From contig CM102286.1 in assembly GCA_046563655.1 (NCBI GenBank), forward strand, positions 14,012,001-14,076,000: 64,000 nt of DNA, read 5' to 3'. The notes under the pieces were generated by a model. That model searched no databases. It had not been told where the DNA came from and was given only the letters and a program-made list of their open reading frames with translations. Source of the stretch: Yuukianura sp. NJ FZ-2021 (lineage: Eukaryota). Below are positions 24,050-37,939 of the stretch, piece by piece (positions within the stretch are counted from its first letter, which is position 1; each line of letters starts with the position of its first letter). Made by a program: the position numbers and the translations under genes.

Positions 24050-26211
24050 TTAAAGTTAAGTTAAACTTAAATAAAATCTAAGAAATAAAGTAATTAACTC
24101 AGGGAATTTTAGTTAATTGTTGCATTTTTATGTAAAAGTTAAATTTTAGGGTTGTGATTTTAAGATTTATCAATAGATGAAAAAATAAATAGACAGAAAG
24201 TTACTTCCTGCAAAATAATCCTCAACGCCGTTTCATTTTTTTTTTGAAAAAGTTGTTCTGAAATCTTTTGTTTTTTTGAAAAGGGTTGACAAACATGCTG
24301 CTGATAGTCATCTATCTGTCATATGATTGACATTTTTTGAAAACATTGTCCTTGACATTGACCCTGGGTCTCAAAATTTCAAAATTTTGAACGACTGCCA
24401 CTAATTACAGTCAACATTAACAGTCAAAACATAAGTCTGGTACTTGACCTTTTGTTTTCAAAACTTTTTGTTTTAGATATAAAATTTTGACAATCATATT
24501 TTAACAACATTTTGACATAAAAAGTTTTGTATATTTTCACTTTTACTTTAGTAGCTAGAAGTTAACCCTGCTAGGTTTTTGATAGAAAAACTGAAATTTT
24601 GCTTTTCGAAAAAAAAAATCAATTTTTCGGATGAAGGAGCAATTCATTTTGAACGTGTGTCTGGTTTGGTGTGATAAGAAAAGTAGTTTTCATTGCCTAT
24701 TTTGAAAGACTTCAACTTTCTCTTCACTTTCACTCACAAAAGTTCATCTTCAAACAAAAATCTCAAAAACTCAAAGAAAAGGGCATAGAAATGAATTTCC
24801 AACTACGGTTTACATTAAGTACAAATGTTGAAATAAATTTTGAAATTACAGACGACGTGCAACTTCTTTTCTTATAAACGAAAAGCGAAATGATCCAAAT
24901 TATGAATTTTTGATGTGTTTCTAAACCCTCATCTTTTCAAAAGTCAACGATTTTTTAATCCTGTGACTTCGACCTTGCGCAGATCACACTTGTGTCGTTT
25001 TAAAAACCCTAATCTGTCATCTTTTTAAAAAAGTTGAAAAGAGAGAAACGTGGTTGCTCATAAAAATTGAATATTGAATTAATTGAATTCATATTTTGGA
25101 AGATGCAATTTCACTCCCGAGTGACCACAATTTATGGAAACGCGTGAACTTTACAGCCACTCGACCTCGTGACGACGTTCAAATCAAAGTGTCGCGTGTC
25201 CATTGTGTACAAAAGACTAATCACCCCCTTCACACTCCCTCTCTAAAATACAGTTTCACTTTCAAACATAACCTAATCTAAAAAATATCAACCTAACATT
25301 TACTATTTTTGAATTAATAGACTTACCAATTAAAATTTTAGACTACAATTTAACTTTGTTAAAATTTAATATTCGAAAAATCCATAATTCTGGGGTTTCT
25401 GGCTTCCTGAAATCCTCTAGTGTTGTATGATGTGCCAAACACCGATGTTCAGCACATCGCACTTTGTTCCACCAATCACAGAAGAGAAATTGCTCTAAAG
25501 GGGCGGAGCCTCCGAGATCACTTTGTGCTTTTTGGTGACAGACCGACGCCCTTCCTCCGAATCTCTGAAAAGTTTGAAAAAATCGGAGAAGCTGAGGAGG
25601 GGAGCTAAAAAGTTTATCCTGGGCAGCGGAAGCAGATAGTTGCCTTGCAGCAGGGTTTCGTCTTCGGTGAGTTTATAGTTGTCCTAGGTTAGTTTTTTGA
25701 TTAAGTTAGGTTATGGCTGACCTTTGACCTTGCTCTTCCTTCTGGAAGACTTGATAAGATACAAAAAACGTCATACTTTTAGTTTCAGTCTTCTGTCAAC
25801 AATAAAGTTATAAGCTGTATGTTAGTTTCTTATCACCTAACGTACAGCATCTTCCCAAAAACTTATTGTTTTCTTAACAAATGTAACAAGATTTTTACTT
25901 TATTTGTTCTAAACAAACATCATCTCCCAGTTGAACAATCTAACAAAAGTTAATAAAAAATTTGGATTTTTTCGGAAAAACCTTAACCTTTGAAATTGTA
26001 ATCACAAATTACGAATCATTTTCGAAAATTCAAGAATTGACCGGTTTAAATTTTTATGAGCTTTACCATTTGTGAGTCACAAATTTTAACTAAAGTTGGG
26101 AGACGCCAAAGACTATAAATTGGGTGCACTTTTTAGAAGTTTTGGTGTCTTTTTCAAAAGTTTTCGTGAACTTTTGTTCAAATTTTGTAAATTTTTTCGT
26201 TTTTAGTGATC

Positions 26212-26904
26212 ATGATCGATATCAAGATGAACAATAGCACAAGTGGAGGTATTGTACGCAAAGGTCGCGAGGTGAGTGACACCGACATGAATTCATCTGA
26301 CATGGATTTCTCAGAGGAAACGGACATGGACTCCTCAGATGAGGTCATTTCCTTTGACACTGAAGCTGATTCTACAAGTGACAACAAAGATAACTCAATC
26401 GGACTCAATGGAATCCACAACGTAAGATCTTTAACAACATCTCAATTCACATGACCTTTTGACCTTGACCTTGACCTTGAACTCTTCCAGGAATATGGGA
26501 TGAGCTCCAAAAGTTCTATTCATCATCACTCAACTTCTCCCTCATCATGGTCACCACCACCGCAGTATTCTAATAATACTGGCAGTAGTGCCCCTTCTCC
26601 ACCGAGGAAAGTTTTTACAAACACGCGGGAAAGATACAGACAGCAGAATGTAAGCAGTGCTTTCACGGAGCTGCGTCGATTGGTTCCCACGTATCCACCG
26701 GATCGGAAATTATCAAAAAACGAAATTTTGAGACTCGCAATTCGTTATATCAAACTTTTGATTAGTGTTAAAGAATGGCAGGAAAAGGAAATGGAAAAAA
26801 CGAATGGTACAATTGCAAATCCAACTGCAACCAGCACTTCAACTCAAAAAGAAATCATTTTGTTTCATCAAAATCCAATTCATGTTAAGCAGGAACGAAA
26901 TTGA
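26212..26904 (+). CDS. TAL1/SCL-family bHLH transcription factor (HLH3B-like)
   Basis: [52 protein letters not shown]. Two coding exons, intron about 26422-26490. Confidence 0.9.
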
Positions 26905-27286
26905 AAAATTCTGAGAAGAGTAGCAAATTTTTAGCAACTGTGGCAAAATCGTGCCAAAAAATTTCAATTTGATAGATAATCGTGAAAAAAAAAGTTCTCC
27001 CCTTGTTGAGATCTGTTGTGTTTAATTTTTTTTTTGTAGAACTTTTGATTTTTCTTTTGTTGGAAAACTATTTTTTGTACTATAGTGAAAGTTTTGTAAA
27101 TTTTGGAATGAGGTCATTCATAAGTTTTCAAATTCAAAGGCAGAAAAGACAATGGACGAAATAATTGCCGTTTTAATTAAATTTAAATTTTTTAATTACT
27201 GTTTCAGTGTTTCAATAGTTTCGCACTATCCATTGTGTTGGCTTTTCGATTGTTTAAAAATGTTTTGTTAGGTTAGTTATGTTTAG

Positions 27287-29374
27287 TTAGTCTTCAATGA
27301 CGTCATCCACCGGTGGAGTGTTAATGACTGAGTAGTGTAGCGTTTTCTTTTTGATTCGACTGTAACTGTTGTCGAAAACTAGTAAATCTACAAGTAATAA
27401 AAAATCAAATTAGAACCAATCAACATTTTCAGAACTATTGAATCTGGAAACAAAGGAAATTTGAGAAATTTCGATTTCTTGATTGAAAAATTACGAAAAA
27501 ATTGATAATTTTGAAATTACATTTTCCAAGGTTTTCGCAAACGAGACTTCCGCGTTGGTGTTCTACATGGGCGTTGCAACGCTTGTACGCTACAAGCTCT
27601 GTGGACTCGTTATAAAGCACTGAAAATCCAATGTCGTAGGATTCCGTTTTGAACACCCATCTAGATTTTTTTAAAATGTGCTTTTAAAAAAAGTTTCAAA
27701 AACTAGTTTATCAAGAAAAAGTTAGTTACTTGAAAGTTGAGTTGGGCTGAGTTATGTCAAATTCGAGTTTCAATTTGTTTCCAGGATCGATTTGGGTTGA
27801 AGTGAATTCAATTTCGGAGTCGCCATTTTCACTTGAACTAATACTAGAATATTTCTGAAATTTCATTAAATGTTAGATTAATTAATTACGGCATGTTAAT
27901 TACTTTAACTTAAGTTTTAGTTAATTACTTGAGTTAACTTACGAATGAAAATGGGTTAGTACCACCATAGGCAACTGGTAAAACTTCTGTCGATATTCTC
28001 TTGAGTAGAGCTGGTTTCCATTTCTTTTCGTTTGATCCATGAATTTCTACTTTTCCAAGCGTTCTTTTGCTTAGCAAGGGTTTGACAATGTTAAACAGCA
28101 AATTGAATATGAACGGAGCTACAATTGCATAAAAAAGGTCAAAGAGTTATCCAGGTCAAAGTTCAAACTTGTTTTTCAGTTTTAAAAGTTTACCATTTAC
28201 AATTACAGCAGATTTCAACGTCTCTGGATAGTTGTCCTCTGAAATTCAACGCAATAACGCCTGTTAAAAATGAATGAAACAAAAAAAAAGTATTTTTTTA
28301 TGAAGCAGAAAATTTACCAAATACACGAATTACTTCCAAAATAGCTTCAATTCCTGTAAAATAAAAACACAGTACAATTTTTTCAAGTTAAAAAAACAAT
28401 TTTTTTTTCAAATTTTTAAATTTCAATTTTTGAAATTTGTGATCCAACCTTGCCGGCATGTTAGTTGCCTCATAGTAAATCCTTTAAAGTCCATAATAAT
28501 TACAAATTGTGTAAGTGTTTTGCCATATTTTTTGGATGCATCGCGTATGTAGCCCATGAGTTTCACAAATAGTTTGCCAACATATTTGATCCAAATTTCT
28601 TTTTCTCCTGCTTCCATAGCCTTCCGAATATCCCAACACCCAATTGGAATAATTGCGGCTTTAAAAAAACGAAAATCAAATTTGGAAAACTTTCAAAATT
28701 TTGTTTTGTTTTTACTTGGATTTCCACCAAGGTCATCTCCAGTGTAAACATATTGGAAGTCAGTTTCGTAATTCTCCGGTGAACTCCAATTTTCGAGATC
28801 TGCAATCGCGTTTTCTTTTTTCCACTCGATTGACTTTTTAAAAAAAAATAGGATTAGTGATACCGTGAATCAAAAAAACTGATAAAATTGGTAAACAAAA
28901 CTCTTAACCTTTTGAACACAAAGTTGTATGTTTGAAGTGCAAAAAATAAAATTCAGTAAACATTTTTTTTTATTCTGAAAGTCTCTTGTGTAGAAATTTT
29001 GACTTACTGTTTTTAGCATTTCGAATGACTTTTTCATGTCCATTTCTCTTGCTATCAAAATTGAAGACTATTTTGAATCACACGTGACTTTTTTTTAGAT
29101 TTTGAGTTAAAATTAATTAAGTTTGATTTTTTTGGTACCTCGAAGCCATGCCACGAGGCTCATATCTGTTCGTTCTTCGTCTGTCAGATCCAAGTCTTTC
29201 ACTATAGATCGAAACTAATCCAAGTCGGAAAAATTCGATTAAAAGTTGGAAAATTTTCGGCATAAAATATTTTGAAAATAGCATTTTTGGAAAAATTCGG
29301 CGGGAGAAAGTTCAATTAGGTGGCATGTTTACCTCCTTGATGACTTCGAGTTCCTTTTGAGTTGGTTCTGCCAT
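27287..29374 (-). CDS. SEC14-like (CRAL-TRIO + GOLD) lipid-binding protein, paralog 1
   Basis: WLR|AREMD, IIMDFKGF, EDNYPETLK, VKPLLS..TLGK, LPVAYGG, and GOLD motifs WVFKTESYDIGF and FDNSYS. Confidence 0.9.
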
Positions 29375-29906
29375 GTTGATCGTTTAAAACAATGTTTATT
29401 AAACAGGAGTTGTTTAGAACTAAAAAGCGTTTATTGTTAAGCACTCTTGTAAAATCTAAAGTACAATGGTATCTGAACAGCGTGACTTCTCACCGCAGAC
29501 TAAATGGGTTAACTGTTTTGCAATTTGGAGTTTAACGAATTGTAAGTTCCTGGAGTCTTTTCACATTTACTGAGTCGTTAGTCACATTTCGACACTATCG
29601 TCTATACTGATTTTCATGGATAAAACCCAAATTTCTGCCAAATGATTTGTGTCTGTAATTTTTCGATTTTCATGATCGAAAGCTTAACGAAGTGCTAATT
29701 GCTTACACTCAGTGATGACAGCAACTGAATTGAGTTTTTACAGACCAACAAAAGTTTAAGAAGTTTTTTTCAGGATAAGTCCAAGAATATTAGACATATG
29801 TCTAATTTTTATTAAATAATGTGACTTACTACTGCAGGAAAAGAAAATGAAAAATGTTCGAAATTTTGAAAATGAGCGAGCTTTGAAAATTTTGAGCTAA
29901 AAAAAG

Positions 29907-32337
29907 TTAAAGTTGAATATCGTCGTCGTGTATATTGATACTGTAGTAAAGCGTTTTGGACCGAAAGCGACTGTAGGTGTTGTCAAAAATCACAGTATCT
30001 GAAATTTCAAAAAAGTGGTAGGAGGATTTCGAAATTTTTTGTTGTAAATTTTGATTACATTTTCCAGGATTTGAGCAAATAATTGAGTTTTCCTGGACAG
30101 CAAAATTGGACGATTTTCGTTGAATTGGAATTAATTCTGTGGAGCTATTTTCGTAGGCATCAAAAAATTTTATACCAAATCCAATGTCATGCTCTTCAGT
30201 TTTAAATTTCCAACTACATTTTGAAAAAACAAACATTTCAGAATAAACTTTTATAAATTTTGACATTTGAACAAAGTCATTACGTAAGTCTGGACTTGGT
30301 TTCTTCAATGTAAAAGCTCATTTTCAACTTATCACCGGCCTTGACCGTTGTCATTTCAAAATCAATTTCATCTTTGTCTTCTTTGTATTCTGAGTCAAAC
30401 TTTTGAAAACAAAAAACAATAAAATTAAGTAAATTTTGAAAATCAAAATCAAAAAGATTTTTTGTTTTACTTACAATTGAGCAGTCAATACTCCAGTTAC
30501 TATTTTTCAAAACGGATTCCCACTTGTTTGAGTTTGAACCAAACACAGCAATTTTGCCTAAAGTTTTCCCGGAGAGTAGAGGCTTGGTCAAGTTGAACAG
30601 TGTTAAAAACCAATTGTTAATGTTGATTACGTAGGCTGCCTTCAGTGTTTCAGGAAAGTTGGCTTCTAAAATTTCAATAAAAACGACTTTTTTTAAATCA
30701 AACATCTATAATACTAATGAAAAGTAGTAAATCCAAAATGGCTTAGTTCCCAATTGGTGTGTGCCAAAGCGCCCCGAGGTGTTGAGAAACAAATTCCTGT
30801 TGGATTTGAAGGTTTTTGTGTTTCTCAACTTCAAATGCTTTGGTTATTAAATTTCACATGAACGCCCCAATGAAACCCACCAAAACGTGATCCCACCATT
30901 CGTGGCAACATTTTGGTGGATGCCCGAGGCGGCAGAAGCTCTCGGGGGAAAAATTTCCAGAGTTGGATTTGAAATGTCGGAAAAAGTGAAAAATTCGTGC
31001 ATTTCAACTTCAAGTGTTTCTATTTTTGAGTTTCACATGAAAGCCCCAATAAAACCCAGCAAAACATGATCCCATTTTGGAAAATTTTCATTTCAATTCC
31101 AATTTGGTAAAAAATTTAGTTGGATTTGAAATGGCTTAGCCCAAGCAAGCATGCTCATCATGCTGGTTTCAAGTAAAAATTTTCACAACGTAAAAGCAAT
31201 GTACACACTTTCTCTCACACTCTCCTTCCATATTTCTCTTACCAAATTGCCTGACGCATTCCAAGTGTGCTTGGACCGCTAAAAGATAGAATCACAAAAG
31301 TTGATTTTCAGAGTTGTTCAAAATTTTAGAACCTGAAATTAACTTTTTCCTAAAAATAAACATACTGGCATATGAAGTCAACTGACGAAGGGCGAAGCCA
31401 CTCATGTCCAAAATGACAATAAATTGGCCAATGAATCTTCCTTTTTCTTTTTGCAATTGTCTGAATTTCTCCACTATGTCTGCCACTATGTATGCGTTGT
31501 ACTTGAGATACATGTCTCGTCCATCGGCTTCAATTGCACTGCGTAAATCCCATCTTCCGGGTCTCAAAAAAAGTACTGCAAATAACAGAGGTTAAGATAA
31601 TTATTGTTAACAAGGTTAGGTCTAGCTACAATTAAATTAAACAGTTTAGTTAAATAATTGCTTTTGATTAGAAAAAAATTACTCGGATTGTCATCTGCAT
31701 CACAACCGATATGTGTCACAGCAAACTTTTTGCAGTACTCTGCTGGAGGTTTCCAATTTTTCCAAATGTTGGCAATATCATGTTGTTTCCACCAAGCATC
31801 AGACTTTACAAAAATCAAAAACCAAATTAAACTTAAATTTTGAATTCTAAAATTTAAAATTTTTTAACTATTTTATTTTTTCAATAACCTTGCGAAACAT
31901 TTCCTCAGCCTTCTTCAAATTGTAATCTCGTCCTAAAATTCAAAAGTTAGGTTATCAATTCAAGTTAGTAACTGAAATCGATCAGTTTAGGTCGGTTTAA
32001 GATTCAAATCTAAAACCCGAAAAATATGAAATGACGTACCACGTAGCCAGGTCACAAGATGCATATCATTGCTCCTTCGCCAATCGGCGTCAATAAGATT
32101 AACATCAGCGATTCTCTCACGGAACTAGAAAAAAAACTTCTTTGACGTAAGAGAGTTCAAGTACTATACGCTCAAGCGCACTAGCGCACAACGCCGATTG
32201 GATTCATCCATTTTGTCCATTTCATCCACTGGATATCCAGCCGTGGATGAAAGGACGAAAAAGTGGATATCTAGAAACACTGATTGTTAGCTTACCTGCA
32301 CGAGTAAATTTTGCTCAAAGTCCGTTATAGCCGCCAT
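29907..32337 (-). CDS. SEC14-like (CRAL-TRIO + GOLD), paralog 2
   Basis: WLR|GRDYN, VILDMSGF, EANFPETLK, TKPLLSGKTLGK, WKFKTEEHDIGF, FDNTYSRFRSK. Confidence 0.9.
30795..31145. repeat. Degenerate ~160-180 bp intronic tandem duplication
   Basis: TTTCACATGAA.GCCCCAAT.AAACCCA.CAAAAC.TGATCCCA occurs at 30851 and 31031. GTTGGATTTGAA occurs three times. Confidence 0.6.
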
Positions 32338-33270
32338 GCTGTTTTCAAATTTGTGGTTCACAAATTCAGCACTTCAAAGTTCAAACACCAAAACGACAAG
32401 GTTCTTTTCAAGGTTTTTAGTTTTCTGATACCTACTTTTGTTTTGAAAAATAGAAGAAAAACTAATTGACTGGCTTCTTAGGCAGTCACTTTTTAACTAA
32501 CTTAAGAAAAATTCTTTCCTTCAAGTTCAAAATTTTTTAGCACCAGAAACGACTAGGGTGAAAACAGGACAAGATCAACTGCTTCTGTTTAATAATAAGT
32601 TTTACCTTGTTGTTCAAGGAAATTTCCAGGGCTAAAAAACCAGTTTTTTTTTATAGATTGAGAGAATTCAGTTAGCTTGAGTCCAGTTTTATACGTAACT
32701 CCAAGGCCATCTTCTAAACTTGCGCAAACTGCCAATTTTTTGCCAATAACCCCCAAACTCTGGTGCAAAAAATTTGCAAATTAGGTTTTTGCAGAAACTT
32801 AACTTTTTGTTTGTTATTTCGACAGTGCATTTCCAGAGGATTATTATCACTGATGGCATCGATCCGACGCAAACCATTTTTTTTTTCAAAATCCCATGTT
32901 TTTTAAACAAAAATTGGAAAATCAGTTGAGAAAAGTGGAGGAATTTGGAGATGAATAATTTCCAATGAAAATTTCGTTCTTACAAACTTTGAAACGTAAC
33001 CCAAAAAAGAAAAACGTTTGAAACATTGACTTTGCGGGCCAAAAAAAATGTTTTGTTTTGGGAAAATTTTTTTATTTAATATTCCATGATCAAAATTTCG
33101 GAAATACCAAAGCGAACTGGAAAAAGTTTTCGAAAGTTTGGCTTTCTTGAGTCACGTCATCGCATAGTGCATGAGAAGCGGAAGAGAACGAGAGGAGTTG
33201 CTCAAATGTGTGTTTGCTTTCGGTTGCTTAGCAACCAGATTTCAAAATTGAAAACAAAATAAGTGGAATC

Positions 33271-34361
33271 ATGGGATTAATGAAGAGCAAACTTAATTTC
33301 CTGTCGTTAATTAACTGGTGGCGTGGAAGCCGTCGTGGATCTAATGGACCTGCGTCAGATGAAGTTCGTGTTCAAGAAGTCATCGACGGTGGGGTCAAGA
33401 TGTACTCTTGGTAAGCCCATTTCAAGAAATATTTCAAAATTTCAAAATTTTAAAAATTTTGAAATCATAGGGATCTGAGGCCAAAACAACAAAGTCATCG
33501 GATTGAGAATGAAGTTGAGCGGGAAGTAGTGCTTGAGAGTGGTTCGATTAACGGTAATCAAGTAATCGTTGAGAACTGTCGTAACTGCCGTATTTATCTA
33601 CTCGATCACTCTGCTGCTCTCAACATTGATGACTGTACTGACTGTATCGTCATTTCTGGGCCTGTGAAAGGAAGGTAATAAAAATAACATAACTTAATTA
33701 TAATTATTTTAATTAGCAATACCTACAAAGTTTTATGGATACAAGCTGTGCGAAGATTAGTTTCTCTGATTGGCCAATTTAAAACCAGAACCAGCTCAAA
33801 ATAATAAAATTTGACCTCCGAAGCCGTGAGAACTTTCCCGCGGCGGAATTTTTACGAAACCTCACAGTTAAAATTTTTTTTTTAACTTTTTTCTAGTGTG
33901 TTTTTGCGCAACTCGTCGAATACAACGTTGTGTTCCGTATCAGGTCAACTGCGTCTGCGTGATTGCAAAAGTATTCACATCTTTGGAGGAGCCGAGTCTG
34001 AACCGATCATAGAAGCCTCTGAAGACATATCCATTGGCCCTTATGCTCTCAACTATGACGGAATTGGTGGTAAGGTCAAAGGTCACGGGTCAATGACCTT
34101 CAAAAAGGTCAATGACTTTGAGTTTTTGTGTTTTCAGAACATTTCAAGACAGCTTTCCTCTACCCGGACAAACTAGTAACGACGAGCATGTATGACTTTA
34201 CGCCACCTAACGGTGACGGACCGCTGCACTGGAAGCGTCTACCAGCGACGAGTTTTGCGCCAAAATTTTTACCGTCACCGACGATCACGACATGTCCAAG
34301 TTTCTGTACAGATGAAACCCAGTCATACGTTGCACAATATGCTGCGAGAATGAAGCAATGA
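33271..34361 (+). CDS. RP2: RP2/XRP2-like (TBCC beta-helix, Arl3-GAP type), lacking NDK-like C-terminal domain
   Basis: MG start, KMYSW|D, GSINGNQ, LDHSA..IDDC, GPVKG|SVFLR, QLRLRDC, EPIIE, YDFTP. The stop follows soon after the beta-helix. Confidence 0.85.
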
Positions 34362-34451
34362 AGATTTCGAATTTTCAGTTTTTTTTTTAAATTGAAAGAC
34401 GTTCTACAAAAAAATTTTCAAAGTTTCAAAAAGTTAAGTTCTCAATTTTTT

Positions 34452-36883
34452 TTATAATGAGTTTCTGTTTGTGTCTTCATGGGATTTTGAATCCTCCAAT
34501 GTGATTAAGTAGTGGATTGTCTTGGATCGGAAGAGACTATAAGTATTGTCAAAGTTCACGGAATCTGTATACAATAAAATAAAATTTCACAAAATTTCGA
34601 AATTTCAACCAAAATTGAAAATTTTGTTACATGTTCCAACACGGGGACAGACGTAAGAGCCCTCATGAACTGCATCCGCCGCACATCTTTTTCTAGCAAC
34701 AACTTCAGTTTTGGTTTCAGAGGAAATTGAAAATCCAATGTCATGAGAATCACTTTTAAAAATCCAACTGAAATTTCAAGAAATTATCACTATCTGGTTT
34801 CAAAATTGACTAATTGTACTATTTAAGTTAACATTATTCAAGTTAGGGTATTGGGAAAAACCATTTGTAATTTGAGGCAAACCTGATTTTCATGTGGGCA
34901 TCCTTGACTTCATAATCCAAATTCAATTTGTTCCCTGCAATTATGGTCACTGTGTTAAGAGCATCAATGGAAACACCACTCATGCCCAATCCACCATCAT
35001 CAGCAGCAATTAACTTAGCAGCATCAATTTTCTAAAAAAAAATTTCAAATTTTGGAATTTGGTTTTCAAAATTTTGGAAGCTGCAACTCACTTTTTGAAG
35101 CGTATCGGGAAGTGTACCACCATACTTGATTGGTAAGCAGGAAGGACTAATGTCGTTGAGCAAAGCTTTTTTCCACTTGTTTGAATTTCCGTCGTAGAGT
35201 TGCACTTTTCCAATCGTTTTAGCCGCAAGCATCTTTTTTACTAGTGGGAAAAGCAGGGCAAACAGCGATGGAGCTGAAATGAAACAAAAACGAAATTGGA
35301 ATTCAAAATTTTGATTTTTTTTAAACATTTTTTTTTACTTACCGTTGATAACATATGCCACAGCCAAGCTTTCTGGAAAGTTTCTTTCAAAATTCCGAAA
35401 ACTCTCCAGCAAAACTTCAGGAACTGAAAGTATTTTGGAAAAACACAAGTCAAATTAGTTTTTTTCTTAATGAATTGAAGAGTTCAATGAGCTGACCTGC
35501 AACAGACGTTAAATTTCTCATGTTGAACCCTGTGAGGTCAAATATAATGACAATTTGAGTGATGACCTTGCCTTCGGCCGATTTCGCTTTGACTTCTGCC
35601 ATCATTTTTGCAGTGACTTGAACCAGGAAGCGATGAATCATGTCTTTCCTCCCCTCAGACAACTCTCTCCGAGCGTATGGATCCCATTCACAGACAGGCA
35701 CAACCACAACTTTTTAATTTTTAGACAAAATTTTTTAAAATCAATTTTTTTTTGAAAAGTTCATATTTTAAAAAGTTGTTTTCTACCTGGACATCCCTGT
35801 TCGTCATAGCCAGTGAATTCATAAGGGAAGTACAGGTCATAATTTGGGGGTGGTTCCCACTTCAGGATGTTTTCATAGTCATAAGATTTTCGCCATTCCC
35901 ACGACTACGAAAAATTAATACCAAGATTATTTCAAAAGTATTAATTTTTTTTTACATGGGAAAATACACTTGAGTGATTTTCTTTTATCCTAATCGTAAC
36001 TTTTCCAAAAGTTCTACTGTAGAAAGTTAGAAGGTGTGATGGTGTTTTCAAAAAATAATATTTTGGAATTTTATTATTTTTCACAAATTAGGAAAATACA
36101 CTTGAGTGATTTTCTCAGCCTAATCGTGACTTTTCCAGAAGTCCTTCTGTAGAAAGTTAGAAGGTGTGATGATGTTTTCAAAAAATAATATTTTGGAATT
36201 TTATAATTTTTCATAAATTAGGAAAATACATTTGAGTGATTTTCTCAGCCTAATCGTCACTTTTCCAGAAGTCCTGCTGTAGAAAGTTAGAAGGTGTGAT
36301 GATGTTTTCAAAAAACAATATTTTGGAATTTTGTAATTTTTCATAAATTAGGAAAATACACTTTAGGGAATCTTTTTTTATCCTATCCCTGTTTTGACAA
36401 AGAGTATTTTGAAAACTTCTAATGGAAAATGCCTGACGGTAACAGTTGTATGGTTCTCGGGCGAAGCCTCAGCAAAAATGTGAAACATTCTTTGAAATTT
36501 CTAAAAGTAAATCCACTCAAAATTTTCTCTTTAAGCTTTACCCGTCTGATCATGCGTTCTGCTCTGTCCAAATCGTAGTTCCTGGCTCTGGGCCACTTGA
36601 TCATATGAATGTCCAGTTTCTCAATGTCCGCCAGTTCCATATCGCTGATTCTCGTTCGAAACTAAAAAATCAAAACAAAATACACAAAATAAAACAAAAT
36701 GTATTAACAAAAACATGGTGCAAATACAAGTCTCAAAGTTTAGTGCTACGAAACGGGCTGTAAAGCTATAAACATTTTTGTTTCAATTCAATTCAAAACT
36801 TAAAAATAAGTTTTTTTTTTTACACAAACCTCTTTCAAAATTTCTTCTTCCTCGGCAGTAACTGGCGGGTATCTGTCTTCCAT
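34452..36883 (-). CDS. SEC14-like (CRAL-TRIO + GOLD), paralog 3
   Basis: WPRARNYDL, IIFDLTGF, ERNFPESL, KTIGKV, LPIKYGG, WIFKSDSHDIGF, FDNTYSLFRSK. Confidence 0.9.
35959..36363. repeat. Intronic minisatellite, ~130 bp x3
   Basis: Near-identical units start GGAAAATACA at 35959, 36091 and 36221, with a partial unit at 36351. Confidence 0.92.
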
Positions 36884-37939
36884 TTTGAAAGCGTTCAAAT
36901 TTTTTCTGAAAAACTGCAACTTTATGAACTTAAACTAACGTCAAGTTCAGCCGCGCATTGTGCAATAACACAACAGTGGAAAGTTTAGGTTGCTAAATGG
37001 ACTAGAGATGGTGAGAATTACATTACAAAACGTCAAGAACGATGTGAAGCTTCTGTAAAACTGTTTGGTCACTGACGTTCTTCAACAAATGAAATCCTAA
37101 CACCAACAAATTCAAAACTCACACTACCATAGGCTACGCCGTGCTAAGGAAACACATTTCCTAAGGAACAATTTACTGTTCATTGGTGAATAAAGTTTCG
37201 CCATAAAAAAGAATTAAGTGGGATATGTTTCCTGATGCCTCTGGTGATGCGAAAAGGATCTTGCAATATTCACAAAACCTGTTGCAGAAAAATTGCAGCA
37301 GTCAGCATGATTGAGGTAGTACTTGAGAAAAAACTGAAGTACAAGTACAACCGCCGTGTCTTATGCCTTTAATACAACACTGAATTTTTTTTCTGAACTT
37401 GTTACATCAATGTCCAACGCTTTTTCAAATTTAATTGCTTCTTTGGTTAAATCATAAAAAAAATCAACGTAAAATGGAATGTAGGTTAAAAAAGCAGGAG
37501 ATAAATAGAATACGTTCAAATTAAAAAATTAGATTAAGTTCACACTATCTGAAAATATGTTGTAAAAAAAATTAGTTATCATAAATCACATTAATGTGTT
37601 TGAATTAGTTCCACAAGAACTACAATTAATTCTTATAAATTAAAAAAATAAAATATAACAGTTTTGTTTTTGTAGAGCGTGACGTCCAATTGTTCAGTTT
37701 AAAGTTACTCACAGCACAGCATAACATCTCATCACTGTATTAGAAAAAATTAGCAACAAACTTTTTCACCAAAATTTCAAGGAAAAAATAAAACAATTTA
37801 AAAAAAGACTAGTTACAGATAAACTTAACAAAGTAAAAACAAAGATTTCAAAAAGAAATTAAGTATACACATAAATGCTTCTAATTAGAAAAACAAAATA
37901 AAGTCTCAAATTCTTTCTTCCTTGGAGTGATTACCAAAT

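Noticed and set aside
28240..28262. Apparent in-frame TGA in SEC14 paralog 1
   Set aside because: It disappears with the better splice choice (EVIRVF|EDNYPET, using the TTTCAG acceptor).
32195..32282. Intronic hairpin ending in a CAGTGTTTC-like hAT terminus
   Set aside because: Only one end and no TSD are visible, which is too little to call an element.
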